Below the pieces are notes generated by a model. The model searched no databases and was not told the origin of the DNA. It worked only from the letters and a program-made list of their open reading frames with translations. Of a DNA stretch of 61,811 nucleotides, positions 18,281 through 27,642 are shown piece by piece. The position numbers were made by a program, and so were the translations under genes. Each line of letters begins with the position of its first letter. Positions within the stretch are counted from its first letter, which is position 1. Origin of the DNA: Planctomycetaceae bacterium (GTDB taxonomy: Bacteria > Planctomycetota > Planctomycetia > Pirellulales > UBA1268). Where the stretch lies: NCBI GenBank assembly GCA_005791575.1, contig SXWA01000004.1, positions 1 to 61,811 of the forward strand, written 5' to 3'.

Positions 18281-19480
18281 ATGGCCGCCAAACGTGCCCG
18301 ATCAGCCGCCCGCGGGGTCGCCGCCCGACCCTCTTCCCAAGGGGCCGCCGCCGACCGCTCCACCACCGTGCCCCGCGAAAAACTCCCGGCCGTGGACCGC
18401 AAGACGCTCGGGCTGATCGTCGAGCTCGCCGATCAGGTCGCCACCGCCGCGACCAAACGCCGCGACCCGTGGCTCGACATCCCGGCCCGCAACCTCTCCA
18501 ACGTCCGCTTCAACAAGGCCCACAAGATCATCGAGATGGGGGGGCAGACGAACCGGCGGCAGCTGTTCAATCTCTCGCAGGCCAAGAGCTACATGCAGAC
18601 GCTGCTGGTCGCCACCGGCTGCAAGTCGCTCATCGACCAGCAGAAGTCGACCAGCATCCGCGGTCTGTACTACCTGCTCAAGCACACGATCGACGGCACC
18701 CGCGAGGAGACGTTCGCCACACAGGAGGAGTGCGATCCGATCATCGAGGATCTCGAGGTCACCCTGGAGAGCCTCCGCGAGGAACTCCATGTCTACGCCA
18801 GTAACCGCGGGGGCATGGTCGGCCCGATCACGCTCGTCGACTCCGGCGACGAGATCGACTGCTCGCGGATGGGCTCGGGTGGGTACAGCATCCCGTCGAT
18901 CGTCGAGGCGAACGTCATCCGCTTCAAGGAATGCGACGCCAAGTTCATCCTCCACGTGGAGAAAGACACCGTCTGGCGGCGTTTCAACGAGGACAAGTTC
19001 TGGCGGAAGCACTCCTGCCTCCTCACGCACGGCGGCGGGCAGCCGCCACGGGGCGTGAGGCGGATGCTCTACCGACTGCACCACGAGCTCAAGCTGCCGG
19101 TCTACTGCCTGCTCGACAACGATCCCTGGGGCTACTACATCTATTCGGTGCTCAAGCAGGGCTCGATCAACCTCGCCTACGAATCGAAGCGGATGGCGAT
19201 TCCCGAGGCGAAGTTCCTCGGGTTGCGGAGCCGCGATTACCAGCGCTGCGGTCTCAGCCCGAGCGTGCAGATCGCCCTCGCCGACACCGACATCAAACGG
19301 GCCAAGCAGATCGCCGCGTATCCCTGGTTCGCCGGCAAGAAGGCCTGGCAGAAGGAGATCGAGACGATGCTCGCCAACGGCTTCAAGCTCGAGGTCGAGT
19401 CGCTGATCTCCAAGGACATCAGCTACGTCACCGAGGTGTACACCCCCGAACGGCTGTCCGAGGCCGACTGGCTCGACTGA
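18281..19480 (+). CDS. top6A: DNA topoisomerase VI subunit A (Spo11-like)
   Basis: SIRGLYY (catalytic Tyr region), Toprim motifs VEKD and LLDNDPWG, GGGQPPRGVRR, KLEVESL. Confidence 0.9.
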   Translation: MAAKRARSAARGVAARPSSQGAAADRSTTVPREKLPAVDRKTLGLIVELADQVATAATKRRDPWLDIPARNLSNVRFNKAHKIIEMGGQTNRRQLFNLSQAKSYMQTLLVATGCKSLIDQQKSTSIRGLYYLLKHTIDGTREETFATQEECDPIIEDLEVTLESLREELHVYASNRGGMVGPITLVDSGDEIDCSRMGSGGYSIPSIVEANVIRFKECDAKFILHVEKDTVWRRFNEDKFWRKHSCLLTHGGGQPPRGVRRMLYRLHHELKLPVYCLLDNDPWGYYIYSVLKQGSINLAYESKRMAIPEAKFLGLRSRDYQRCGLSPSVQIALADTDIKRAKQIAAYPWFAGKKAWQKEIETMLANGFKLEVESLISKDISYVTEVYTPERLSEADWLD

Positions 19481-19500
19481 CCCCTCCGCGCTCTCCGCCC

Positions 19501-19538
19501 CTCACGGCCCCCGACCCTCCTCACGGCCCCCGACCCCG
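19501..19538. repeat. 19-bp tandem duplication between convergent genes
   Basis: CTCACGGCCCCCGACCC(T/C)C twice. Confidence 0.7.
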
Positions 19539-19576
19539 CCCCTCACTGCCCACCCACCCGCACCCCCGCCCCACGG

Positions 19577-20413
19577 TCAGGCTTCCTCGCGGAGCAGCGG
19601 TGGCGGATCCTCCAGGTCGTCGAGTTCCGGCGGGAGCTGGATCTGCCGCATCGTCTCGTCGGTGCGCCGCATCCCCTCGGCCACCTCGTCGACGCGCTTC
19701 GCCAGATCGCCGACATCGCGCCGCGCCACCGCCCCTTCGGCGAGGGCGGCGATCTTCGATTCCAGTCGCTCGACCTCCGCGACGATGACGCCCAATTTCC
19801 GCTGCGCCTCGTCGATGTTGCCGAGCCGTTCACGCGTCGTCCGGAGGTCGTCCTCGAGGACGGCACGCAGCTCCGCCGACTTGGTCGCGTCGGCCGGGAG
19901 GGCGGTGAGGCGTTTTTCCAGGCTCGCGATCCGTTGGCGGATGCCGGCTTCATCGGTGTGGCCGATGAAATCGGAGAGCGACTGGGCGCCGCGGATCATC
20001 CGCAGATGCCCCCACAGCAGCCGATCGAGCGACTCGAGCGAGCTGGTGTCGATCCCTCCGCGCAGGCCGGCGGCGAGATCGATGAGCCGCTCACAGTGGG
20101 CCTGGAGTTGGTCGAACCGCTGCCGCAGTTCAGGGGTGAGCGAGCCACGGATTCGCTCGAACGCCTGCCGCGACCCGACGGCCCGTTCGGCACGCCGCGC
20201 CTTCGCATCCTGGGCGTCGATCGCCGACCGGAACCGGTCACTGGCAAGCATGCTCGCCAGGTAGTAGACCTCACCCGCCGCCACCAACGGGAGGACGACC
20301 CCGGGGAATCCGCTGATCAGGGCGGCCGCCACGCCGCCGCCGACGAACAGCAGGTTCCACTTCGTGGAGAAGGCGGCCCCCAGATAGCTGCCAATGCGAC
20401 CCAACACGTCCAT
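19577..20413 (-). CDS. Membrane-anchored coiled-coil hypothetical protein
   Basis: Two N-terminal hydrophobic segments, then long heptad-rich helices; last gene of the pspA operon. Confidence 0.8.
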   Translation of the reverse strand: MDVLGRIGSYLGAAFSTKWNLLFVGGGVAAALISGFPGVVLPLVAAGEVYYLASMLASDRFRSAIDAQDAKARRAERAVGSRQAFERIRGSLTPELRQRFDQLQAHCERLIDLAAGLRGGIDTSSLESLDRLLWGHLRMIRGAQSLSDFIGHTDEAGIRQRIASLEKRLTALPADATKSAELRAVLEDDLRTTRERLGNIDEAQRKLGVIVAEVERLESKIAALAEGAVARRDVGDLAKRVDEVAEGMRRTDETMRQIQLPPELDDLEDPPPLLREEA

Positions 20414-20433
20414 TCGCTCCCGCGCCCGCGGCG

Positions 20434-21390
20434 TCACCCCGGGCCGTTGGGCCGTTGGGCCTCGGCCTCGATCCGTTCGATCCGTTCCTGCAACCGGTGG
20501 ACCTGCTCGTGGAACCAGGGCTGCGACTGGGTCTCGCGCGCCGGTGCCGAGGCCGCCGGCATGTGGATCTCCTCGGCGATCCGCCCCGGTGTCGTCGCCA
20601 TGACGAACACCCGGTCCCCAAGATACACCGCCTCCTCCACCGAATGGGTCACGAAGAGCACGGTCGCCTCGACTTCGTGCCACAGCCGCACCAGCAGATC
20701 CTGCATGTCGAGCCGCGTGGCGGGGTCGAGTGCGCCGAACGGCTCGTCCATGAGGATCACCCGGGGGCGGAGGATCAGCGTCCGGGCGATCGCCACCCGC
20801 TGCCGCATGCCACCCGACAGTTCGTGGGGATACTTGCCGGCATCGCGGAGGGGATCGAGGCCCACCCGGGCGATCCAGTCGAGGGCCTCCGCCTCGCGGG
20901 TGCGGCGCGCCACCCCACGGCATTCGAGCCCGAAGGCGACATTGTCGACCACCGTTCGGTTGTCGAAGCTCGTGTAGTCCTGGAACACCATTCCCCGGTC
21001 GGCGCTGGGGCCGACGACCGGTTGACCGAGCACCGTCACGGTGCCACTGGTGGGCGGATGCTGCGGCTCGAGCCCGGCCACGAGCCTGAGCACGGTGCTC
21101 TTGCCGCACCCGCTCGGCCCGAGGAACGACGAGATCTCGCCGTGCCCGACCAGGTCGGGGATCGTGAACGAGACATGGTCGATCGCCACCGCCGTGCGAC
21201 CGCCGCCGGAGGTGTAGATCTTGGTGACGTCGCGGAACTCGACCGCCGCCGGACGCTCCGCAGCGGGAGCCGCCTGGTCTCCCGCCGGAGCAGACGGCCC
21301 CGGGGCGGCCCTCGGCTGGCACGGAGCCGTGGTCGGCGGGACGGCGGGGGCCGCCCCCTCCGGGACACGTCCGGCCGGGGATTCACTCAT
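20434..21390 (-). CDS. ABC transporter ATP-binding protein (TauB/SsuB/NrtD-like)
   Basis: GPSGCGKS, LSGGMRQR, ILMDEPFGALD, FVTH. The start overlaps the permease stop. Confidence 0.95.
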   Translation of the reverse strand: MSESPAGRVPEGAAPAVPPTTAPCQPRAAPGPSAPAGDQAAPAAERPAAVEFRDVTKIYTSGGGRTAVAIDHVSFTIPDLVGHGEISSFLGPSGCGKSTVLRLVAGLEPQHPPTSGTVTVLGQPVVGPSADRGMVFQDYTSFDNRTVVDNVAFGLECRGVARRTREAEALDWIARVGLDPLRDAGKYPHELSGGMRQRVAIARTLILRPRVILMDEPFGALDPATRLDMQDLLVRLWHEVEATVLFVTHSVEEAVYLGDRVFVMATTPGRIAEEIHMPAASAPARETQSQPWFHEQVHRLQERIERIEAEAQRPNGPG

Positions 21391-22316
21391 GGCGCCGTTC
21401 CCCGGCCGCGGAACCACCCGCCGATGACGTCATGCACGAGCCAGCGGACGAAGCGCGGGAGAACGCCCCGGCCGCCATAGCGGTGCGGGAACAGATCGCA
21501 CTGCAACCACCACAGCGCCCGATCGATGCAGTAGGCCACCAGCGGGATGATGATCAGCACGATGAGGATCGGCTCGCGCTGCCCGCGGCGCTGGGAGACA
21601 TTGATCAGGTCGCCGAGTCCGCCGGTATCACCGCCGAGCTTCACCACCTCCGCCAGCATCACGTAGCCGAAGGCGATGCCGAACAGCAGGCGGAGCGAGT
21701 TGAACACCGCCGGGGCGGCCAGCGGCAGCAGGACCTTCAAGATGATCTGCAGCCGTGAGGCCCCGAGGGTGAGCGCCGTGTCGACGTAGCGCTGCGGCAC
21801 CTCGCGCACGGCGGCGGTGGTGTCGCTGACGACGAAGGCGACGCTGGCGATGAACAGGAACATCACCTTCTGAAGTTCACCGATCCCGAAGAAGAAGAAC
21901 GTCAGGGGGATCAGCGCCGCGACCGGGATGTTGCGGCCGAAGATGGTGAGCGGGGCGAGGAAGGCTCGCAGCTCGGCGAAACAGGCCGCCAGCACCCCGA
22001 GCGGCACGCCGACGGCCGCCGCCAGACCGAATCCGAGGCAGACCCGCCGCAGCGTCACCACCGTGTTGGCGGGCAACCGGCCCGTGCCGAACACGGCGGG
22101 CACGGCCCGGACCGTCTCGGCCGGGCTGGGGAGCGTGGCCGGACCGATGAACCGGCTCTCCGCCTCCCCCGCGGTGGCGAGAAACCACAGCGCCAGCACC
22201 AGGGCGATGCACGTCACGCCCCAGATCGCCCCCGTGGCCATGGAGGTCTCCCCCCGCAGCGGCCGGACCGCGGCGCGCTGCGGCGACGCCACGGGTGGAG
22301 TCTCAGAGGGGCTCAT
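21387..22316 (-). CDS. ABC transporter permease (TauC/SsuC-like)
   Basis: LPSPAET, P..ALIPL, EAA-like loop YVDTALTLGAS, AEVV; ATGA overlap with the upstream gene. Confidence 0.92.
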   Translation of the reverse strand: MSPSETPPVASPQRAAVRPLRGETSMATGAIWGVTCIALVLALWFLATAGEAESRFIGPATLPSPAETVRAVPAVFGTGRLPANTVVTLRRVCLGFGLAAAVGVPLGVLAACFAELRAFLAPLTIFGRNIPVAALIPLTFFFFGIGELQKVMFLFIASVAFVVSDTTAAVREVPQRYVDTALTLGASRLQIILKVLLPLAAPAVFNSLRLLFGIAFGYVMLAEVVKLGGDTGGLGDLINVSQRRGQREPILIVLIIIPLVAYCIDRALWWLQCDLFPHRYGGRGVLPRFVRWLVHDVIGGWFRGRGTAP

Positions 22317-24076
22317 TCCTTCTCCGCGGAGTAGACCTTGATCTCCACGCGGCGGTTGAGGGCGTGGTTGTCGGGGTGGTCGTCGTCGGCCGGCCGGTCC
22401 CACCCGAGGCCATCGACGGCGAAGCGGTTGTCGTCGAGCTTGAACTTCTCGACGATCGCATCCTTCACCGCGCGCGCCCGCTCGAGCGACAGTTCCTTGA
22501 CCATCGCCGCCGGGACCGATCCCTTCATCGAGCCGTCGGTGTGGCCCTCGACGACGATCCGGGCGTTGCCGAACTGCTCGGCGAGCGCCGCCACTTCATC
22601 GACGACCAGATCGACGCGCGGATCGTAGGGTTCCTCCACGTCTTGGCCGTCGAGCCGCCGGATGACCTTCTTGCGGAGGTTGGCACTGTTGGGGAAGAAA
22701 TGGATGACGATGGTGTTGGTGAGGATCTCGTCGTTCTCGGCCCTGATCTCCGCGACCGTCTTCGGCACCAGCGTCGCGGCGTACTCGTCTTTCGTCTCCA
22801 GATACTTCGGCTCGAGCCCGAGTTTCTGGATCACGGAGAAGTCCATTACCTGATCGAACGGAACCGGGTTGTTCGCGATCGCCCCCACGCGCCGGTAAAG
22901 GTAGTAGGCCTGCTTCCAGATCCGCTCGAAATTGGCGGGATTGTTGCGGTTGATGAAGAACTGGTAGTTCTCGGCCCAGTTGGTCGAGTGGGCGTCGCCG
23001 AGCATCGAGAGGGCGTCGGCGGCGGGGATCGTGTAGCCATCGGCCATCAGTTGGGCGACACTCTTCTTCGCCTCCTCGCTCTTGAGATCGCCCATCGCGT
23101 CGAAGATGCCGCGCACGATGGCCTCGATCACGTCCGGATGATCCTTGGCGAAGTCGGCCCGGGCGAACCATACGTCGGCGATCAGGCGGTTGGCCGTCTG
23201 CGTGGTGACGAGCATCCGGTTGCCCTTCGCCTCGGCGAGGTTGTAGATGTCGGGGGCCCACGACACGCACCCGGCGATGCTCTTGTCGCGGTTGAACGCC
23301 GCCGCCGCCTCGAAGGCGGTCGTCACGTAGATCATCTCGACGTCGGCCGGCTGCAGGCCGCCCGCCACCAGCATGTTGAGAGCGAAGAACTGGCTCGGGG
23401 AGTTCTGGGCCATGACCAGTTTCTTGCCGGCGAGGTCCTTGACGGTCTTGATCGAATCGCGGACGACGATCCCGTCACCGCCGTTGGAAAAGTCCACCTG
23501 CTGGTAGACGCGCGGCATGATCCGCGAATCCTTGGCGAAGCTGTCGACGAACAGCGGCAGCATGTCGAGCGTCGCCCAACCGATGTGGACCTCGCCCGCC
23601 GCGTAGGCGTCGCGCATCTGCACCGGATCGTCGATGAGAACGAGTTCGACCTTGAACGGCTTGCCACCGGGCGCCTGCCAAACCTTGCCGGGCTTGAAGC
23701 CGCCGTTGGCGTGGATGATCGGGCTCCAGCCCGCCCAGACATTGAGGGCGAAGCGAACAGTGTCGTCGACCATCGGCTTGTAGCCGCTCACCCCCTTGAC
23801 CGGCGGCAGTTTCTCCGCCGGTTTGAAGGTGTATTCCTTCACGGTCGTGGGAACGGCGACGTCGGGAGCCTCGGTCATCGGTTCCTCGGCACCCCCCTCC
23901 CCTGCCCCACCACTCAGACCGCCGCCACCCGGCCCGCCACCGGCGACAGGGGCCGGCCGCTGAGGTTGGCCGGGGCGTTCCCCGAACATCCCCGCACGCC
24001 ATGCGGCCAGCGCGACCAGACCGAGAATCACCGCCCAGACAGCCAACCAGAACGGGGCCTTGGGTTCGCTCGCCAT
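22313..24076 (-). CDS. NMT1/SsuA-type substrate-binding protein fused to a C-terminal OmpA-like domain
   Basis: N-terminal TM; WAGW, DFSNGGDGIV, TVKDLAGKK, VSWAPD; OmpA_C motifs VEGHTDG, LSLERARAV, NRRVEI. Confidence 0.9.
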   Translation of the reverse strand: MASEPKAPFWLAVWAVILGLVALAAWRAGMFGERPGQPQRPAPVAGGGPGGGGLSGGAGEGGAEEPMTEAPDVAVPTTVKEYTFKPAEKLPPVKGVSGYKPMVDDTVRFALNVWAGWSPIIHANGGFKPGKVWQAPGGKPFKVELVLIDDPVQMRDAYAAGEVHIGWATLDMLPLFVDSFAKDSRIMPRVYQQVDFSNGGDGIVVRDSIKTVKDLAGKKLVMAQNSPSQFFALNMLVAGGLQPADVEMIYVTTAFEAAAAFNRDKSIAGCVSWAPDIYNLAEAKGNRMLVTTQTANRLIADVWFARADFAKDHPDVIEAIVRGIFDAMGDLKSEEAKKSVAQLMADGYTIPAADALSMLGDAHSTNWAENYQFFINRNNPANFERIWKQAYYLYRRVGAIANNPVPFDQVMDFSVIQKLGLEPKYLETKDEYAATLVPKTVAEIRAENDEILTNTIVIHFFPNSANLRKKVIRRLDGQDVEEPYDPRVDLVVDEVAALAEQFGNARIVVEGHTDGSMKGSVPAAMVKELSLERARAVKDAIVEKFKLDDNRFAVDGLGWDRPADDDHPDNHALNRRVEIKVYSAEKE

Positions 24077-24144
24077 CGTGTGCCTCGGAAACGTGGAAGG
24101 GGATCGGGCCGGTGCCTGACACCGTACCGGCGGGTCGGTGCAGT

Positions 24145-24450
24145 TCAGCCGCGGAACTTCGTCTGTGGCCGGGCCCGGCCCGCCATGTGGAGCATGTTCA
24201 TCAGATCGTAGGCGGTGACCTCACAGAGCAACTCGGTCACCTTGTCGTGCGCCTCGGGGGAAAGCATCGGCTCCACTTCCTTCATCAGGGTCACCAGCCG
24301 CCGCTCCTGCGCCTCGAGCTCGCCGGAATCGACCCGACCATCGGCGACCGCATCGACGAAGGAATCGAGCTTGCGGGCGTACTCCTGGAGAAGCGGCGAC
24401 TCGCTGGAGGGGTCGAACCACGGGGTCTTGGGGGCGTGTGCCTTGGCCAT
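24145..24450 (-). CDS. Small helical hypothetical protein (ADGRVDSGE motif)
   Basis: 101-aa ORF with GGAG upstream, inside the operon. Confidence 0.75.
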   Translation of the reverse strand: MAKAHAPKTPWFDPSSESPLLQEYARKLDSFVDAVADGRVDSGELEAQERRLVTLMKEVEPMLSPEAHDKVTELLCEVTAYDLMNMLHMAGRARPQTKFRG

Positions 24451-24531
24451 GGGGGAACTCCTGGGAATGGTGGAGGGATTCGTGGGGAACGGCGCCGACC
24501 GGCTGCCTGCCGGGGCCATGTCGGTTGCGGG

Positions 24532-26523
24532 TCAGGATCCCGCCATCAAACGCAGTTCGGCCATCCGCTCCTGCAGCGTCGCCCGGCCGCCAGCCTTGCT
24601 GATGGCTTCGCGCCAGCGATCGGGGAGGAACCGCTTCTCGGTGCACTCGAGGACAGCGGCGATCTCCTGGGCTTCCTTCTCCAGGCCCTGTGCCGAAGGG
24701 AGGAAATCGTCGATCGCCGCCTGCAGGTCGGTCACCGCGATCTCGTCGGTCGTCGGGACCGGGCGGCCGGCATCAGCCTCGGCCGCGGCGCGCTCGAGCC
24801 CCTTGCGCCGGGCGGTGAGGACGATGCTCTCGATGTCGGCGCCGGAGAGCCCCAGTTCCAGATCGACCGGACCGGGGAGGCCGGGAGCGAGCCGCACGTG
24901 GCACTTGCGTGCCATCGCCTGGAACATCGCCTCCATCTCCGCCTGGTCGTGCGGATAGAAGAGGGGGATGTGCACCTCCGCGCGCCCCTGCCGCTTGAGG
25001 TCGATCGGGAGCAGATCGGGCCGGCTGGTGAGCAGCATCCAGACGATCTTGCCACGGTATCTCGTGTCGCCCATCTGGCGGGCGATCATCGAGAACACGC
25101 GGGCCGACGTGCCGGAATCACCGTCAGACTGCCGGTTCCCCAGGGCTGCATCCGCCTCGTCGATGATCACCACCACCGGCCCGAGGCTGCGCAGCACCCC
25201 GAGGGCGTGCTCGAGGTTGCCCTCGGTCTCGCCGACGTATTTGCTGCGGAAATTCTTCAGCACCGCGCAGGGGATGCCCACGCTGCCCGCATAACACTCG
25301 GCGATGAAACTCTTGCCGGTGCCGACGGGACCGCAGATCAGGTAGCCCATCGGTGCGCTCTCGAGTTGGCCGCGACGGATCGCGCGGGCGTCGGTCTCGA
25401 GACGCTGCTTGGCCGCCTCATGACCGGCGACATTGTCGAGCGTGAGCCGGGGCTGGATGAACTCGATGAGCCCGCGGCACGACCTTTCGATGAGATCCTT
25501 CTTCTTGGCGGCGAACTCCGGGCCATCAGGGGGCGAGCCCTCGCGGGCCGAGAGGGTGAGGATCGCGCGGATGCTCTCCAGCGTGAGCCCCGCCGACAGG
25601 GTCGCCATCCGCTCGACCGCCGGCAGATCGCCGGCCGGCACACCGACGCTCCGCGCCGTGGCCATGGCAAACCGCTCGCGCTCGGCCGGCGCGGGCAGCG
25701 GCACCTCGATCGCGGTCACGGCGGGGCTGGTCACGAGCCGCGAGTGGACCTCCGCCATGGCATCGGCGAGGAGCACGATCGCCACGTTCACCCGGCGCAA
25801 CAATGGGTTCGACGCCCAGCCCACCAGCCGTACCAGCCGCCCCGCCGTGCCCCGCGAGGCGGATGCGGTGTCGCCATCCGGCACCAAGTACTGGGCATGG
25901 TCGAGCAGGACCGCGATTTTCTTTCGCTGCTCCGGCGGGTCGGTGAGGTTCCGCTCCAGGAGCGCGTCGATGGAGGCCAGCGCCGCATCCGGCTCCCGGG
26001 GCCACCCCGCGGCGTTGCCGAGCCGCTCGGAGAGCCACTGGACCATCGTCCGCAGACGATTGGCATCCGACCCCGCCAACGGCCGCAACCCCTTCCCCAC
26101 GTCGTAGGCCAAGACGACGTCCCAACTGCCGAAGACTTCGCGCGCGAGGAACTCTGGCACGGTGCCATACCCGACCATCCCGTCGGCGGCCCCCGCCGGT
26201 CCACCGGCCGTACCGACCGCGCTGGCGGACTGCCCTGTCCCCGGGGGCGCCAGGGGCACGAGATCACGGACGTTGCCATGGAGCAGGAACACGCAACTCG
26301 TGCCGGAGAGGTAGGCATCGCCCAGGCGCTCGGCCCAGGCCGGGCACCAGTCGGGCAGGGCTCCACCCGTCCGCGACCCGCTCCCCGTGCCGACGCCGGC
26401 TTTCACGCCATTGCCTGTCGGACGGTTGGCGTCACCGTGCGGGGCGACGGGGGCGACGCCCGGCTCCGGCCTGTTCGCCGTCGACTGAGCTGCCGATGAC
26501 TGACTCGGGGAATCCTGGCTCAC
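24532..26523 (-). CDS. Classical-clade AAA+ ATPase with a degenerate N-terminal AAA-like module
   Basis: Walker A GPVGTGKS, pore loop SKYVGETE, Walker B IIDEAD, SRH TSRPDLLPIDLKRQGR. The N-half has FLLHGNVRD and LLDHAQYL in place of Walker motifs. Confidence 0.9.
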   Translation of the reverse strand: MSQDSPSQSSAAQSTANRPEPGVAPVAPHGDANRPTGNGVKAGVGTGSGSRTGGALPDWCPAWAERLGDAYLSGTSCVFLLHGNVRDLVPLAPPGTGQSASAVGTAGGPAGAADGMVGYGTVPEFLAREVFGSWDVVLAYDVGKGLRPLAGSDANRLRTMVQWLSERLGNAAGWPREPDAALASIDALLERNLTDPPEQRKKIAVLLDHAQYLVPDGDTASASRGTAGRLVRLVGWASNPLLRRVNVAIVLLADAMAEVHSRLVTSPAVTAIEVPLPAPAERERFAMATARSVGVPAGDLPAVERMATLSAGLTLESIRAILTLSAREGSPPDGPEFAAKKKDLIERSCRGLIEFIQPRLTLDNVAGHEAAKQRLETDARAIRRGQLESAPMGYLICGPVGTGKSFIAECYAGSVGIPCAVLKNFRSKYVGETEGNLEHALGVLRSLGPVVVIIDEADAALGNRQSDGDSGTSARVFSMIARQMGDTRYRGKIVWMLLTSRPDLLPIDLKRQGRAEVHIPLFYPHDQAEMEAMFQAMARKCHVRLAPGLPGPVDLELGLSGADIESIVLTARRKGLERAAAEADAGRPVPTTDEIAVTDLQAAIDDFLPSAQGLEKEAQEIAAVLECTEKRFLPDRWREAISKAGGRATLQERMAELRLMAGS

Positions 26524-26630
26524 GACCGCCTCGGCGCAAGGAAGGGGAAACGATGGTGCCGGGCTGCCCCCGGCGCTCCGGAAGAGGATGCCGTCATGAA
26601 TGCCTCATGGCGGCGCACCAGACCGCGACC

Positions 26631-27380
26631 TCAACCGGAGATCTGCCGGATCCGGTCGGAGCCGAGATGCTTCTCGTCGTCGGTCACACCGGAGGTCTCC
26701 GGCGTCACCATCCCCATCTCGCGCTCGAAATCACGCAGGGCAGCATCGGCCATCTGGGCCTCCACGCGCTGCTCGTCCTTGATTTTGTCGAGCCCATCAC
26801 CAGAGAGGTCGGCCGCCACTCGCACCTTGGCGCGGTTGAGGCCGATTTTGTCCTGGATCACGTCTTCGATCTGGCCGAAATCCGTCGTTACGTCGAACTT
26901 GAAGCTCGTCGCCAACTTGGCCAATTCGGCCTCGGCACGCGACATCTTCAGGTCGGCGTCGTACTTCTGGATCTTGTGCTTCAGCTCCGCGAGCTTCTTG
27001 GTGGCGTGCTTGACCTTGGTGACATTGTTGCCGTAGGCGGTCTCGTGGAGCTTGAGCTGGGCCTCGTTCTCTGCCATGTCCTTCTTGGCGCTCTGGAGCT
27101 CCAGGGCGAACCGCGCCGCGGTCTCCCGCTCGCCGACCTGAAGGTAGGCCTTCACCTGCGCCTCGAGCTTCGCGACATGCTGTCGATCACCCTCGACCTG
27201 CCGCATGACGCGTTCGACGAGGGCCCGGTACTGCTCGAGCCCCTCGCGCCCCTCCTTCATCTGCTCGACCGCCTTGTCGTATTCGTACTGGAGCTGGGCG
27301 ATCGGATCGGCCGTCCAGAAATAATTGGCGATCTTGTTCATCTGGGCCGCGAGGGCCTTCCACAGCTTGCCGATGATCAT
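26631..27380 (-). CDS. pspA: PspA/IM30 (ESCRT-III superfamily) protein
   Basis: 249 aa, amphipathic N-terminal helix, DP motif (TADPIAQLQ), long coiled coil, AYLQVGERETAARFA, C-terminal ALRDFEREMG. Confidence 0.8.
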   Translation of the reverse strand: MIIGKLWKALAAQMNKIANYFWTADPIAQLQYEYDKAVEQMKEGREGLEQYRALVERVMRQVEGDRQHVAKLEAQVKAYLQVGERETAARFALELQSAKKDMAENEAQLKLHETAYGNNVTKVKHATKKLAELKHKIQKYDADLKMSRAEAELAKLATSFKFDVTTDFGQIEDVIQDKIGLNRAKVRVAADLSGDGLDKIKDEQRVEAQMADAALRDFEREMGMVTPETSGVTDDEKHLGSDRIRQISG

Positions 27381-27642
27381 CGGACCACCTCCAGGAAACA
27401 CGGTCGGGGGCGCGCAAGTCCCACGCAAAACATTCGTCTTACCCCCCTGATGCCAGACCGTCAAACACCCCGCGTGACCGCTCCAAGCCTCACGATCATC
27501 GCCAGCGCCGGCGGCCGGAAAGCCGCGGACTCTCCCCGGATGCGCCGGAGGCCACCGTGCCGGCGCTGCCAACGTGCTTCGGATCCGCGGCGCGGGGAGT
27601 GGCCGCAGCCCCCGGCACGCCACCATTCCGGAGCCCCTCCCG

